Shown here: one piece after another, positions 28,430 through 36,526 of the stretch
Position numbering within the stretch: position 1 is the stretch's first letter
How the letters are laid out: each line of letters begins with the position of its first letter
NCBI GenBank assembly: GCA_963748625.1
Contig: CAVVJT010000010.1
Location: forward strand, 352,001-416,000
Direction of reading: 5' to 3'
Length of the DNA: 64,000 nt
Origin: an uncultured Chloroflexia bacterium
GTDB lineage: Bacteria > Chloroflexota > Limnocylindria > Limnocylindrales > CSP1-4
Made by a program: the position numbers and the translations under genes
The notes under the pieces: generated by a model
Told to the model about the DNA's origin: nothing
What the model saw: the letters and a program-made list of their open reading frames with translations, nothing else
Database searches by the model: none

Positions 28430-29158
28430 TCAGGGGACCCGGATCTGGTAGTAGTAGATGCGGTCGAAGGTCCGCCACTTCGTGGGAATCTGGCCCACCT
28501 GCGCCTGGACCGTCACCAGGTAATCGCCGGGTTCGGTTGGGGCCTGGGCGTCGATCTCGAGCTCCCGGAAGCCATCACCCCGGCCAATCTCGACGGGGCC
28601 TCCGCCAACAGTGCCCGCGAGAGGCGCGGCCTCGATGATCCAGAAGGGGCCGAAGGGGTCTGTCTCGAAGACGACCTGCGCGCCCAACACCCAGCCTTCC
28701 GGGGGCACGAAGACCAGGGGGTATCCGGCGCTGACCGAGACCGGCTTCGCCGATGCCAGGATGGGGAACGTGACACACGGTTCCTGCGTCCTGATCTGCC
28801 GACCGAACTCGTCGTTGGCTGGCTCGTAGATGACTTGCGGGCAGCCCGACTCGCCGATGGCGCTCGTGCGCGTCTTGCCCACGACGAGGATCGGCGAAGG
28901 GAACGTAGGGGCGGTGTCGAAGTCGACCTCGAGCGTCGGCGCGGGGCTCTCCCCGGGGATGACCTCGAACGGGGTCGCGGTCGGAGCCAGGCTTGCGCTG
29001 GCATCCGGCGTCTGGACGGGCGAGGGGGAAGCGGTGAGCGCAGGCGCGCTGGCCGGAGTGGGCGGCAGCGTTGCGGGCAGGGGCGTCGCCGACGGCGCGG
29101 GAGCGGCACAGGCGCTGGTGAGCATGGCGATGGCGACAAGCCGGGCGACGCGTCTCAT
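28430..29158 (-). CDS. Hypothetical lipoprotein
   Basis: Lipobox-like MRRVARLVAIAMLTSAC followed by a Pro/Thr/Ser linker. Confidence 0.75.
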   Translation of the reverse strand: MRRVARLVAIAMLTSACAAPAPSATPLPATLPPTPASAPALTASPSPVQTPDASASLAPTATPFEVIPGESPAPTLEVDFDTAPTFPSPILVVGKTRTSAIGESGCPQVIYEPANDEFGRQIRTQEPCVTFPILASAKPVSVSAGYPLVFVPPEGWVLGAQVVFETDPFGPFWIIEAAPLAGTVGGGPVEIGRGDGFRELEIDAQAPTEPGDYLVTVQAQVGQIPTKWRTFDRIYYYQIRVP

Positions 29159-29267
29159 GGAGTTCCGTGGAACGGGTATTGACTGTGAGCGTCGGCCCGA
29201 GAAGCCCTTCGGTCAAGGTGCCGCAGGACACCGATTGTCACGGAATCAGGTCATCGTCCTAGCGAAG

Positions 29268-29379
29268 TCACCTGCCGCTTACGTCGCGGCGGCGCCTCCC
29301 CCCTGCCACACCCCAGCGCGCATCGCTCAGGGTCAGGTATGCCGCGTCCACGGCCTCGTCGTATTCGAGCAGCATGTCC
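29268..29379 (-). repeat. Chimeric remnant: anchor-gene flank (29268-29312) fused to the 5' end of the DUF2283 gene (29312-29379 = 36132-36199)
   Basis: Direct sequence matches to 35561-35609 and 36132-36199. Confidence 0.85.
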
Positions 29380-29381
29380 CC

Positions 29382-29540
29382 CTACGCCTTGGGCGGCGGC
29401 TGCTCCTCGTCCTTGACGGCGGCGGGCGGCCGCTTCGAGGGTGTCACGTCGATCTCGAAGCCGTCGGCGAGAATCCGGGCGAATCGTCCGCGCTCAAGCT
29501 GCTTCGCGGCTTTGGGAGTGTCAGCCTTCTTCGTCGTCAT
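29382..29540 (-). CDS. Short BrnA-like antitoxin remnant
   Basis: MTTKKADTPK...TPSKR...PPPKA resembles 34467-34667; follows the BrnT remnant. Confidence 0.45.
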   Translation of the reverse strand: MTTKKADTPKAAKQLERGRFARILADGFEIDVTPSKRPPAAVKDEEQPPPKA

Positions 29541-29665
29541 GGCGTTCACGCGCAGTGGCGCGCCGTGCGGAGATGATCCGGATCATAGGTCCGCAGTCTC
29601 CACGAAGTCGATCCCGTGCTTCCGCCAATTCGCGTCAGCCTTGTCCTCGTCCCACTGGACCCTCC
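29521..29665 (-). pseudogene. Internally deleted BrnT toxin
   Basis: QWDEDKADANWRKHGIDF joined almost directly to IRIISARRATARER. Confidence 0.78.
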
Positions 29666-29748
29666 GGTGCACGCGACTGCCTCGTCGGGCTGCCGTGCGG
29701 CCGCACGCCAGGCCAAGGGCGGGTGCCCGCCATCGTAGGGACCACTGA

Positions 29749-30096
29749 TTACGTGCCGCCTAGCGTCTCAGGAGCCTCTTCCGCGACCATCGAGGTGTCG
29801 ACAGCCGTGACGGGCTCACGGACCACCAGGTCGACCTCGAGCCCGACTGCTGCCGCGTACCGCTCGATGGTCGAGAGACGGCTGTCGAGATCTCCGGACT
29901 CCAGCCGCGCCACCACCGGCTGGGACGTGCTCATCCGGGCGGCGACGGCGGTCTGGGAGAGTCCGAGCGATGCTCGTCGAGCCGCGAGCTGGCGGATGAC
30001 CGCCCTGCGCCGGGCGGCAGCATCGACGAGCCGGGCGAACTCCGGGTTGCCGGCAGACCGCTCGCGAACGATCTCGTCAAGGAAGTCTGGCATCAC
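29749..30096 (-). CDS. XRE/HigA-type HTH antitoxin (orphan)
   Basis: GLSQTAVAARMSTSQPVVARLESGDLDSRLSTIERYAAAVG. Confidence 0.88.
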   Translation of the reverse strand: MMPDFLDEIVRERSAGNPEFARLVDAAARRRAVIRQLAARRASLGLSQTAVAARMSTSQPVVARLESGDLDSRLSTIERYAAAVGLEVDLVVREPVTAVDTSMVAEEAPETLGGT

Positions 30097-30263
30097 TGGC
30101 TACCTCGGGATCGGACCGTCGTGGACGAGGCGTCTATAGCATCAACCATATACCGTTGCTGCTATTGCCGACGTGAGCGCCAGTCGGCACCCCGTTGCTC
30201 CGCGACCGGCCGAACACCGGCGGCTCCACCGGGTCCTGGCACTTCTATCCCGCCACCCAACGC

Positions 30264-30548
30264 CTACGCGCGAACGACATCCAGGCGCTTCCGGTTCCCG
30301 CTGACCGCCTCTGCGTAACGGTCGAGCGTGGAGTAGCGGATGTCGGCCCTGGCCGACTCGATCTCGGCGACGACCGACTGGCTGACGTTCATGGCCTCTG
30401 CCACGGCCGCCTGCGTGAGGTGGTTGGCCTTCCGCTCGGCGACCAGCGCGCCGATCAGCCGTTGCCGGCGGATCTCGGCGGCGAGCATCGCCGGATACCT
30501 GGAGTTGGCAGCGCTTCGCTTCGCGATCGAGCGTTCGAGATCGTCCAT
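30264..30548 (-). CDS. higA: XRE/HigA-type HTH antitoxin
   Basis: LTQAAVAEAMNVSQSVVAEIESARADIRYSTLDRYAEAV. Confidence 0.88.
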   Translation of the reverse strand: MDDLERSIAKRSAANSRYPAMLAAEIRRQRLIGALVAERKANHLTQAAVAEAMNVSQSVVAEIESARADIRYSTLDRYAEAVSGNRKRLDVVRA

Positions 30549-30595
30549 CGGTCTCTCCGTGGGTGCAAGAACTATCGGTGATCACCGATATCCCG

Positions 30596-31048
30596 TCAAG
30601 TGGGCGAGTCACGGTTGGCGCGCCAACGGTCCCGTCGCTGCCTGGCCAGCGCGATCACCCGCGGGGGTGTCCTCTGCGTGTGCTTCTCGTGAAGCACGAC
30701 GGCGAGGAGGACGCGGCCCTTCTTGCCCTCGGAGCTGAAGAGCAGGCGATAGCTGTTGTCGATTCCGTGCGCCTCGACCTCGAAGATGTCCTCGACGAGA
30801 TGGCGAGCCGCCTTCAGTCCGTCCTGCTGGACGATCCTCAGCTGGGCATGGAGGCTGACCGCATCCTCGTCCGAGAGATCGTCGATCTCCTTGTCGACGG
30901 TCGGGATGAAGCGCCAGCGATGAGAAACATCTCCCTGATGCGGCCGGGATGCCGCCGCCTCGACCCGACGCCTGTCGACCACGGTCCCTCTCCGGTGAGC
31001 TGGTTGGTCTCCCGCCAGCGACGAGAGGTGCAGCTGTGCCGATGCCAC
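30596..31048 (-). CDS. higB: HigB/Gp49-type RelE toxin (start uncertain; core from ~30925)
   Basis: ARHLVEDIFEV....YRLLF.....VLLAVVLHEKHTQRTPPRVIALARQR. Confidence 0.75.
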   Translation of the reverse strand: MASAQLHLSSLAGDQPAHRRGTVVDRRRVEAAASRPHQGDVSHRWRFIPTVDKEIDDLSDEDAVSLHAQLRIVQQDGLKAARHLVEDIFEVEAHGIDNSYRLLFSSEGKKGRVLLAVVLHEKHTQRTPPRVIALARQRRDRWRANRDSPT

Positions 31049-31112
31049 CGACCGAGTAGCTGGGCCGACACCTCGCCGTGGTCGCCACCATCCATCGGAT
31101 CAGCGTCGATCA

Positions 31113-31189
31113 GCACCTCGCAGGCGCTTGGGCAGAGGATGCGGATCCCCGCTCACCTGCCGCTTACGTCGCGGCGGCGCGTCCCCTCC
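31113..31189 (-). repeat. Anchor-gene flank element (matches 35521-35598)
   Basis: gcacctcgcaggcgcttgggca.aggatgc.gatccccgctcacctgccgctta.gtcgcggcggcgcgtcccctcc at both sites. Confidence 0.9.
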
Positions 31190-31234
31190 GCGGCGGCCCC
31201 CGGGTGGCACGGCGACGCGTGGGCGGCCTGGGCG

Positions 31235-31500
31235 TCAGCCCTGCATGGCGCGCGGCCGGGCCCCCTCGCCTTGCGCGCCGGGAGGGGCGAACCCAAGCCG
31301 CGGCCCGGTTCGCGGTGGCGGCGCGACCCACACGATGTCGTCCACCGTGAGCGTCTGCAGCTCCTCGTCCGTGAGGTTGTCGCCGGTGAGGCGCAACGCC
31401 TGGCGCCCGAGCATGTGCTGGTGCAGGTCACGGACCAGGCGTCCGTTGCCGAAGCCGTCGCCCCGATCCGCGCCGCGGCGACGCTGCGGTGCACCACCGT
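31235..31500 (-). pseudogene. C-terminal lid fragment of a CbbX/SpoVK-type AAA+ ATPase
   Basis: GFGNGRLVRDL...RQALRL....TDEELQTLTVDDI; no Walker motifs upstream. Confidence 0.6.
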
Positions 31501-31653
31501 CCGGGCGCCGGTCCTGCGGGACCCGCACCGCTGCGTCCCTCTCCGAACGGGCGGGTCGGCACTGGCCCGACAGGTTGCGTGACGCCACCGTCACGCCATC
31601 ACGCAGGAAGCGCACCGGGACCACCCGGGTCGCGCCATCCTTGGGAGGGAGCG

Positions 31654-34302
31654 ATGATCCGTCGGCTGGCCGTTCTGCTGTTCGCGCTTGTGCTCGTAAC
31701 GCCGGGAGTGGCTCTCGCTGCACCGGAGGATGGCGATCAAGCAGCGGCGGCTGCGCTCCCCTCCGGCCTGGTTGGCTACTGGCCGCTGAGCGAAGGATCA
31801 GGGTCGGCGTTCGCTGACACGTCGGGGAACGCCAACCACGGCACCACCAACGCCGCGTGGACGTCCGGCATCAGTGGCTCGGCACTCGAACTCGGCGGAT
31901 CTGCCGTCGGGCGCGTGCCCGCGTCACCCGCGCTTGAGCCGCAGCAGCTCACGCTGTCCGCGTGGGTGAAGGCTTCCGGAACGCAGGGCAAGTGGGGTTC
32001 GATCGTCGCCAAGGGCGAGACGCTCTGCGCGCTGTCGTCGTGGTCCCTCTACACGGGGTCGGCAGCGGGCCTGGTCTTCTACGTGGGAGGCCTGGGCGGT
32101 GCGTACTACGCCCCCACCGTCCCGGCGACGATCTGGGATGGCGCCTGGCACCATGCCGTCGGCACGTTCGACGGCGCAACGGTCCGCCTCTACGTGGATG
32201 GTGCCCAAGTCGGCTCAGGCACTCCCGCATCGACCTCGATCACCTACGCGATGGCTGACGAGACCGCGCTAGTGCTCGGACGGGACCGGGTCGCGTGCCC
32301 CGGAGCCGGCAAGTACAACGGCATCGTGGACCAAGTGGCCGTCTGGAACCGCGCGCTCAGCGCGGGCGAGGTCCAGGCCCTCGGGGCCGGTCCGACACCC
32401 ACGACCACCGCGCTCGAGTCGGCGCCCAACCCGTCGACCGCCGGCGCCTCCGTGACGCTCACGGCGACGGTCACGCCCTCGACCGCCACTGGCACCGTCA
32501 CGTTCACCGATGTCACCGGGGGTGGCGCGGTCGAACTCGGGACGGACGCACTCGCCGATGGGGCGGCCGCACTCGCGGTGACCTTCGACACACCGGGCAA
32601 GCGGCAGATCGTCGCCACCTATGACGGCGCCACCGACTTCGAGCCGTCGACCAGCAGCACGCTCACGCAAACCGTTGCCGCCGCGTCGCTCACGCCGACC
32701 ACCACCACGCTGGCAGCCGTGCCGAACCCCATCGGCGCCGGGTCACCCTCGACGCTGACCGCCACCGTCACCCCGATCCCGACCACCGGCGACATCGAGT
32801 GGTGGATCGACGGGGCGAAGGCAGCCACGAGCCCGGTTGGCCTCGATGGCAAGGCGAGCATCAACCGGACCTGGGCGGACCCTGGCAGCCACACGGTCCA
32901 GGCGAAGTTCGTCGAGGGAACCCTCTACGCACCGAGTCAGAGCATCGTCACCAACGTGACGGTCGCGACGGTCGCCTACGCCGTGACCCTGACCGCCACG
33001 CCGGCCGTCGTGCCGCTCGGGACGACCACGCACCTGGCAGCAGGCGTCAGCCCCGCCACCGCCGGCAGCATCAAGTTCTACGCGGGCGCGGCCCTGCTCG
33101 GGACGCAGCCGATCACCGCGGGTGGCCAGGCCACCTGGGACCCGGTCGTGCCGCAGGGGTCCACCCAGTACCGGGCCGACTTCATCCCGACCGGCGCCAC
33201 CACGGTGGGCGGATCGGCGGCGGTGACGGTGCAGGGCAAGCTGCCGCTCACGCTCGACCTCACCGTCGACCCCTCGGCAGTGGTGTCGGGCGAGGGCAAG
33301 GTGACCTTCGAGATCTGGGCGTCGGACTACGACGTCAGCGGAGCAGTCGACATCTGGGACGTGACCGCGACGCCCGCCAAGGTGGCAACGACCACGTTGG
33401 CCGACGGTCAGGCGACGGTCGACACCCGGCTCCCGGGAACGGGCACGCACTCGTACGAGGCGCGGTTCGCCGGCAGCACCACGCACGTCCCCGCGACATC
33501 GAACACCGTGACGGTGGACCTGGCGCCGGACACCGTGGTCAGCGTGAATGGCCTGGCGCTCCAGTACGGCACGTTCTATCCGGTCAAGGACGGCTACAGG
33601 GATACGGTCGCCATCAAGGGCTCGCCGGCCGAGCCCGTGACCGTGACGATCAAGGTCAAGAACAGCAACGGGAAGACCGTGCGCAGTTGGACGCTCGCAC
33701 GGCGTGACACCGCCTGGTCCGTGGCGTGGAATGGCCGCAACACCGGCGGCACCCTGCAGCCGGCCGGCAAGTACAAGGTCACCCAGACGATCAAGGACGT
33801 CCCCGGCCACACGAAGACGTGGACTGGGTACACGGTGCTCTCGGGCAAGAAGCTTGCTTGGACGACCGCCACGATCACGAAGAACGGCCGGAACTACAGC
33901 AGCTTCAACTACTCGTCGTACGGCTGGGTGCTTCCCTCGAACAAGTACTCGAATGGTGTGAACATCTACGGGAACATCTACGACGAGTGGGCGTGGGTGG
34001 GCTACGCCTTCTCGGTGCCCAAGGCGATCAAGTACGGGACGTTCAAGTTCAGCGTGCTCGGGACGCCACAGAAGGGGCGCGGCGTGCCCTACATCTCGAT
34101 GTGGAACTACGCCGCAAGCTACGAGGACGCCGAGCGGTCGATCGGGCGGACGTACTCGTGGTACTCGACCTCTGCCACGGGAAGCTCACACGTCAGCCGC
34201 AATCGGATCGCCCGAGGCTACGTCACCGTGGTCGGCGAGAACTGGGGCTGGTACGACGTCGCGAAGGTCAAGCTCACGTACCGGTATGCCGTCCTGCGGT
34301 AG
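31654..34302 (+). CDS. Large secreted/surface protein: LamG-like domain, Ig-like (Big_3) repeats and FlgD-like Ig domain
   Basis: Signal peptide; LVGYWPLSEG, WHHAVGTFDG..VRLYVDG, IVDQVAVWNRALS; TTTALESAPNPS..G.SVTLTATVT repeats; WNGRNTGG..QPAGKY. Confidence 0.85.
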   Translation: MIRRLAVLLFALVLVTPGVALAAPEDGDQAAAAALPSGLVGYWPLSEGSGSAFADTSGNANHGTTNAAWTSGISGSALELGGSAVGRVPASPALEPQQLTLSAWVKASGTQGKWGSIVAKGETLCALSSWSLYTGSAAGLVFYVGGLGGAYYAPTVPATIWDGAWHHAVGTFDGATVRLYVDGAQVGSGTPASTSITYAMADETALVLGRDRVACPGAGKYNGIVDQVAVWNRALSAGEVQALGAGPTPTTTALESAPNPSTAGASVTLTATVTPSTATGTVTFTDVTGGGAVELGTDALADGAAALAVTFDTPGKRQIVATYDGATDFEPSTSSTLTQTVAAASLTPTTTTLAAVPNPIGAGSPSTLTATVTPIPTTGDIEWWIDGAKAATSPVGLDGKASINRTWADPGSHTVQAKFVEGTLYAPSQSIVTNVTVATVAYAVTLTATPAVVPLGTTTHLAAGVSPATAGSIKFYAGAALLGTQPITAGGQATWDPVVPQGSTQYRADFIPTGATTVGGSAAVTVQGKLPLTLDLTVDPSAVVSGEGKVTFEIWASDYDVSGAVDIWDVTATPAKVATTTLADGQATVDTRLPGTGTHSYEARFAGSTTHVPATSNTVTVDLAPDTVVSVNGLALQYGTFYPVKDGYRDTVAIKGSPAEPVTVTIKVKNSNGKTVRSWTLARRDTAWSVAWNGRNTGGTLQPAGKYKVTQTIKDVPGHTKTWTGYTVLSGKKLAWTTATITKNGRNYSSFNYSSYGWVLPSNKYSNGVNIYGNIYDEWAWVGYAFSVPKAIKYGTFKFSVLGTPQKGRGVPYISMWNYAASYEDAERSIGRTYSWYSTSATGSSHVSRNRIARGYVTVVGENWGWYDVAKVKLTYRYAVLR

Positions 34303-34466
34303 CGCCGAGGCAGGAGATCCGGTCGCCCGCGCCTGGGCGACCCCTCGGTCGCGCCGGCGACCTCTGACCACGTGAGTCGCACCCGTGAGCTCGACAGGGC
34401 GGTCGCCGTGACGCCCGAAGGCGCAGGGAGCGGTTCGAGCCCCGGCGCGCGGATGATCAGGGCCTG

Positions 34467-34667
34467 CTACCCCTTCGGAGCGGGGGGCTTCGGCTCCCGG
34501 GCCGTGCCGGACGATCGCTTCGACGGTGTCGTCCGGACGGGCGTGCCTCGGGGCGGAGGCTCGACATGCCCGCGCGCATACCGCTCGGCGTACGGATTGG
34601 GGATGGCGTCCCGGAAGTCGTACTCCGGCGCGACGTTGGGATCAGCCACGGGCTTCTTGGTAGGCAT
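34467..34667 (-). CDS. BrnA-type antitoxin (short, no C-terminal RHH)
   Basis: PEYDFRDAIPNPYAER motif downstream of BrnT. Confidence 0.7.
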   Translation of the reverse strand: MPTKKPVADPNVAPEYDFRDAIPNPYAERYARGHVEPPPRGTPVRTTPSKRSSGTAREPKPPAPKG

Positions 34668-34923
34668 GGCGTTCAAGCGGCGTTGCTCGCCGCGCACTGA
34701 CGATGCGTATCCGGTCTCGCTCGACGAATACGACCACGAGGAGTTTACCCGCCGATGAGAAGCCGATGATCACGTCGCGGGCCTCCTGGCCGACGCATGT
34801 TGCCCGAAGCACCCGGGCGAGAGCGTCCCCGAACACCGAGCTCGCCTCGGCGAAGGTCACGCCGTGCTTGCGAGCATTCGACGACGCCTTGGATGGATCC
34901 CATTCGAACTCGAGGATGTCCAT
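34642..34923 (-). CDS. brnT: BrnT family toxin
   Basis: FEWDPSKASSNARKHGVTFAEA..VF.D...IIGFS...LLVVVFVER..IRIVSARRAT..ER..Y. Confidence 0.92.
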   Translation of the reverse strand: MDILEFEWDPSKASSNARKHGVTFAEASSVFGDALARVLRATCVGQEARDVIIGFSSAGKLLVVVFVERDRIRIVSARRATPLERHAYQEARG

Positions 34924-34979
34924 GCTCCGCCCCAGCCGAGGCGGGTGCATGAGGTTGCCAGGCGTCGCTTACGCGCCGC

Positions 34980-35150
34980 TTATCGCGGATCCACCGACAA
35001 GTGCGGACGCTTGTCGCTCAGGTCATTCAGCAGACTGATCTGCCAGTCCACGCTGTCCTGGCAGGAGGGGCCCAGCCGGTCGATCGCGTCGCTCACCGGC
35101 ATCCTGCCGGCCCGGTCTCGGTAGTAGATCGCCTGGTAGCTCACGGTGAT
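34980..35150 (-). pseudogene. HigB/Gp49 toxin N-terminal remnant
   Basis: YQAIYYRDRAGRMPVSDAIDRL, then truncated. Confidence 0.5.
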
Positions 35151-35161
35151 CCCACGTCGCC

Positions 35162-35443
35162 TCAGATCCGTCGCCACTGCTTCCTCCCGGCCCCAAGCGA
35201 GCCTGCGGGGGTTGTGCGCAGGCGGATCATCGCGATCCCAACCTCACTCCGGGTTACACCAGCGCCTGCGCGTGCCCAGATGTCGCCCCGGAGCTTGCGG
35301 GCCGCCGTCAGACCTTCCTCGCGCACCTCCCGCATGGCCGCGACGACCTCGGCGGCCTCCTCGTCACGCAGCGATCCGATGAATTCCTGCACGGGGCGAC
35401 GTCCGGCGCCCGTCCGGTAGTCCCGCCACCTCCGTGCTGGCAC
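35162..35443 (-). pseudogene. 3'-truncated HigB/Gp49 toxin
   Basis: RWRDYRTGAGRRPVQEFIGSL...EGLTAARKLRGDIW, then similarity is lost. Confidence 0.7.
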
Positions 35444-35520
35444 GTCGATCCCTCATGGTCAACTGGTCGCGGGCCTGCTCGGGCGTGACGACCGATGTCA
35501 TCGACGGAGCGACTGACCCG

Positions 35521-35771
35521 GCACCTCGCAGGCGCTTGGGCACAGGATGCTGATCCCCGCTCACCTGCCGCTTATGTCGCGGCGGCGCGTCCCCTCCCCC
35601 TGCCACACCGTGGCCAGGTCCACCAGCACCGGCACCAGCTCGCGCGTCGCCAACGGCTGCCCCATCGCGATCGCGTCGGCGGCCGGCCGCTCGCGCCAGA
35701 TGTGGAGGTCATGCCATTGCCTGCGATCGAGCTTCGCCAGGCGGTCGAGCAGCGCGTCCCAGCCCTTCGCG
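35521..35771 (-). repeat. Divergent duplicate of the anchor-gene 3' end plus alternative flank
   Basis: Encodes AKGWDALLDRLAKLDRRQWHDLHIWRERPAADAIAMGQPLATRELVPVLVDLA. Confidence 0.9.
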
Positions 35772-35937
35772 CGAGCCACCCATCGCCGAGCGCGACCGAA
35801 ACCCTCACATCATCTGGGCGGAGATGTATGCCGGACGGCCCACATCCGGGCGGTCTTCAACGCCTTCGGCGAGGAGATCGAGGGGTTGGCGCGGTGAGTC
35901 CAGACGTGTGCGCCGGGTGGCGTGCGGCGTCGCGGGT

Positions 35938-36207
35938 CTACCCCACCGGGGCCGAAGACCGATCGATCACCCGGAAGCCGACCGACCGGACAACCCGGGC
36001 GACATCGGCGGGGAACGGGAGGCCGTCGAGCAGGACACCCTTGCGACGCGGGGACAGGATCTCGATCCCGACCACCGAGCCATCGGCCGCGTAGTTGATG
36101 CCCCGGGCATCGTCGAGCCGGACCTGGTGGTCCCAGCGCGCATCGCTCAGGGTCAGGTATGCCGCGTCCACGGCCTCGTCGTATTCGAGCAGCATGTCCA
36201 TCATCAC
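35938..36207 (-). CDS. DUF2283 family antitoxin-like protein
   Basis: LEYDEAVDAAYLTL...INYAADGSVVGIEIL. Confidence 0.88.
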   Translation of the reverse strand: MMMDMLLEYDEAVDAAYLTLSDARWDHQVRLDDARGINYAADGSVVGIEILSPRRKGVLLDGLPFPADVARVVRSVGFRVIDRSSAPVG

Positions 36208-36444
36208 CTTGCGCCCCTGCGCCAGACGGTCACCACGCGGAGGTCGTCAGTATTCCACCACCACCTCAACACCCGCACCGTCGAACCATCGCGACCTGAT
36301 CTCGCGGAGCTCGTCGTGGTCGGATGGCCGCACCTCGTCAGGATCGTCGTACACAAGGCGGATCAGGGAGAGTGGGATGCGCTCCCGTTGTGCCTCGCGG
36401 ATGGCATGCCTGCTGAGCAAACGGGGGTCGAAACGGTCTGACAT
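36204..36444 (-). CDS. DUF4258 family toxin-like protein (frameshift near 36252)
   Basis: LSRHAIREAQRERIP...YDDPD...VEVVV / DDLRVVTVW. Confidence 0.72.
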
Positions 36445-36526
36445 GTCCTGGTCGATGCCGGTGGCGTGCGGGAGTCGACGATACGAACGGGGGCTTACGT
36501 GGGGCTTATGCGGGAGCTCCCCACCG

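Noticed and set aside
35775-35897. Short plus-strand ORF remnant between DUF2283 and the anchor-gene copy
   Set aside because: No start or RBS and no family motif I can support
18621-36510. Classical integron with attC sites
   Set aside because: No IntI or tyrosine recombinase in the window; the repeats lack the R''/L''/L'/R' box structure and do not follow each ORF
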